Below are positions 63,841-64,000 of a DNA stretch of 64,000 bases, in pieces. Where the stretch lies: positions 1,145 to 65,144 of IMG/VR virus record IMGVR_UViG_3300020414_001395; one strand, given 5' to 3'. A program made the translations under genes and the position numbers. The notes beneath the pieces are model-generated. The model saw only the letters and a program-made list of their open reading frames with translations, had not been told where the DNA came from and made no database searches. This DNA comes from a virus. Its lineage: Duplodnaviria; Caudoviricetes. Numbering within the stretch: position 1 is the first letter of the stretch; each line of letters opens with the position of its first letter.

Positions 63841-64000
63841 TGCAACCACATACATGCCACAAGTGCGGAGGCGAAGGCATCTGCCTCGGCACCCAAGAGG
63901 TTGGGTACTCTACAAACCAAAACTACCTGATTCTGCACGACTTCGAGTGTGATAATTGCGAAGCAACGTGGGACGTAACATTTGAATTAACACCAACAGA
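63837..64000 (+). CDS. zinc-finger protein, 3'-truncated
   Basis: CHKCGGEG...CDNC; runs off the window end. Confidence 0.55.
   Translation, partial: MMQPHTCHKCGGEGICLGTQEVGYSTNQNYLILHDFECDNCEATWDVTFELTPT

Noticed and set aside
1-64000. Stop-codon reassignment, DGR, integrase or prophage boundaries
   Set aside because: Genes are intact in code 11 with TAG, TAA and TGA all used as stops; no reverse transcriptase, TR/VR pair, integrase or host housekeeping genes seen.

Overview
This window covers most of a tailed dsDNA phage genome, with a podovirus-like head/tail/ejection gene block loosely resembling crAss-like or phi38:1-like phages. The host is inferred to be a Bacteroidota (Flavobacteriales-like) bacterium, from T9SS C-terminal sorting domains, TAnnTTTG-type promoters and SD-less A-rich leaders. 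Layout: (1) Plus-strand early/replication arm at 60613-64000 and 1-9742, apparently split across the window ends: small hypotheticals, annealing protein, exonuclease, SSB, primase-helicase and nucleases, with no DNA polymerase or integrase seen. (2) A cell-envelope module at 10852-17805: M43 metalloprotease, type A and type B T9SS-sorted proteins, a probable outer-membrane barrel, a CxxC-less thioredoxin fold, a Cys-tail peptide and a holin. (3) Minus-strand late arm at 17783-59841: ejection proteins including a 2618-aa polyvalent protein, tail, capsid, scaffold, fibres, portal, TerL, tRNA-Arg(UCU), tRNA-Ile(UAU), tandem GroES and an M15 endolysin. (4) A hairpin-dense non-coding strand switch at 59855-60612. 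Most notable: early genes are organised as cassettes in which either a covarying ~24-bp hairpin repeat (4 copies, invariant 13-nt loop) or a complete type I hammerhead ribozyme sits between a stop codon and a shared CAAACTTCAA leader. The phage-encoded T9SS cargo module is the other main candidate. All family assignments come from motif recognition by eye, not database searches.
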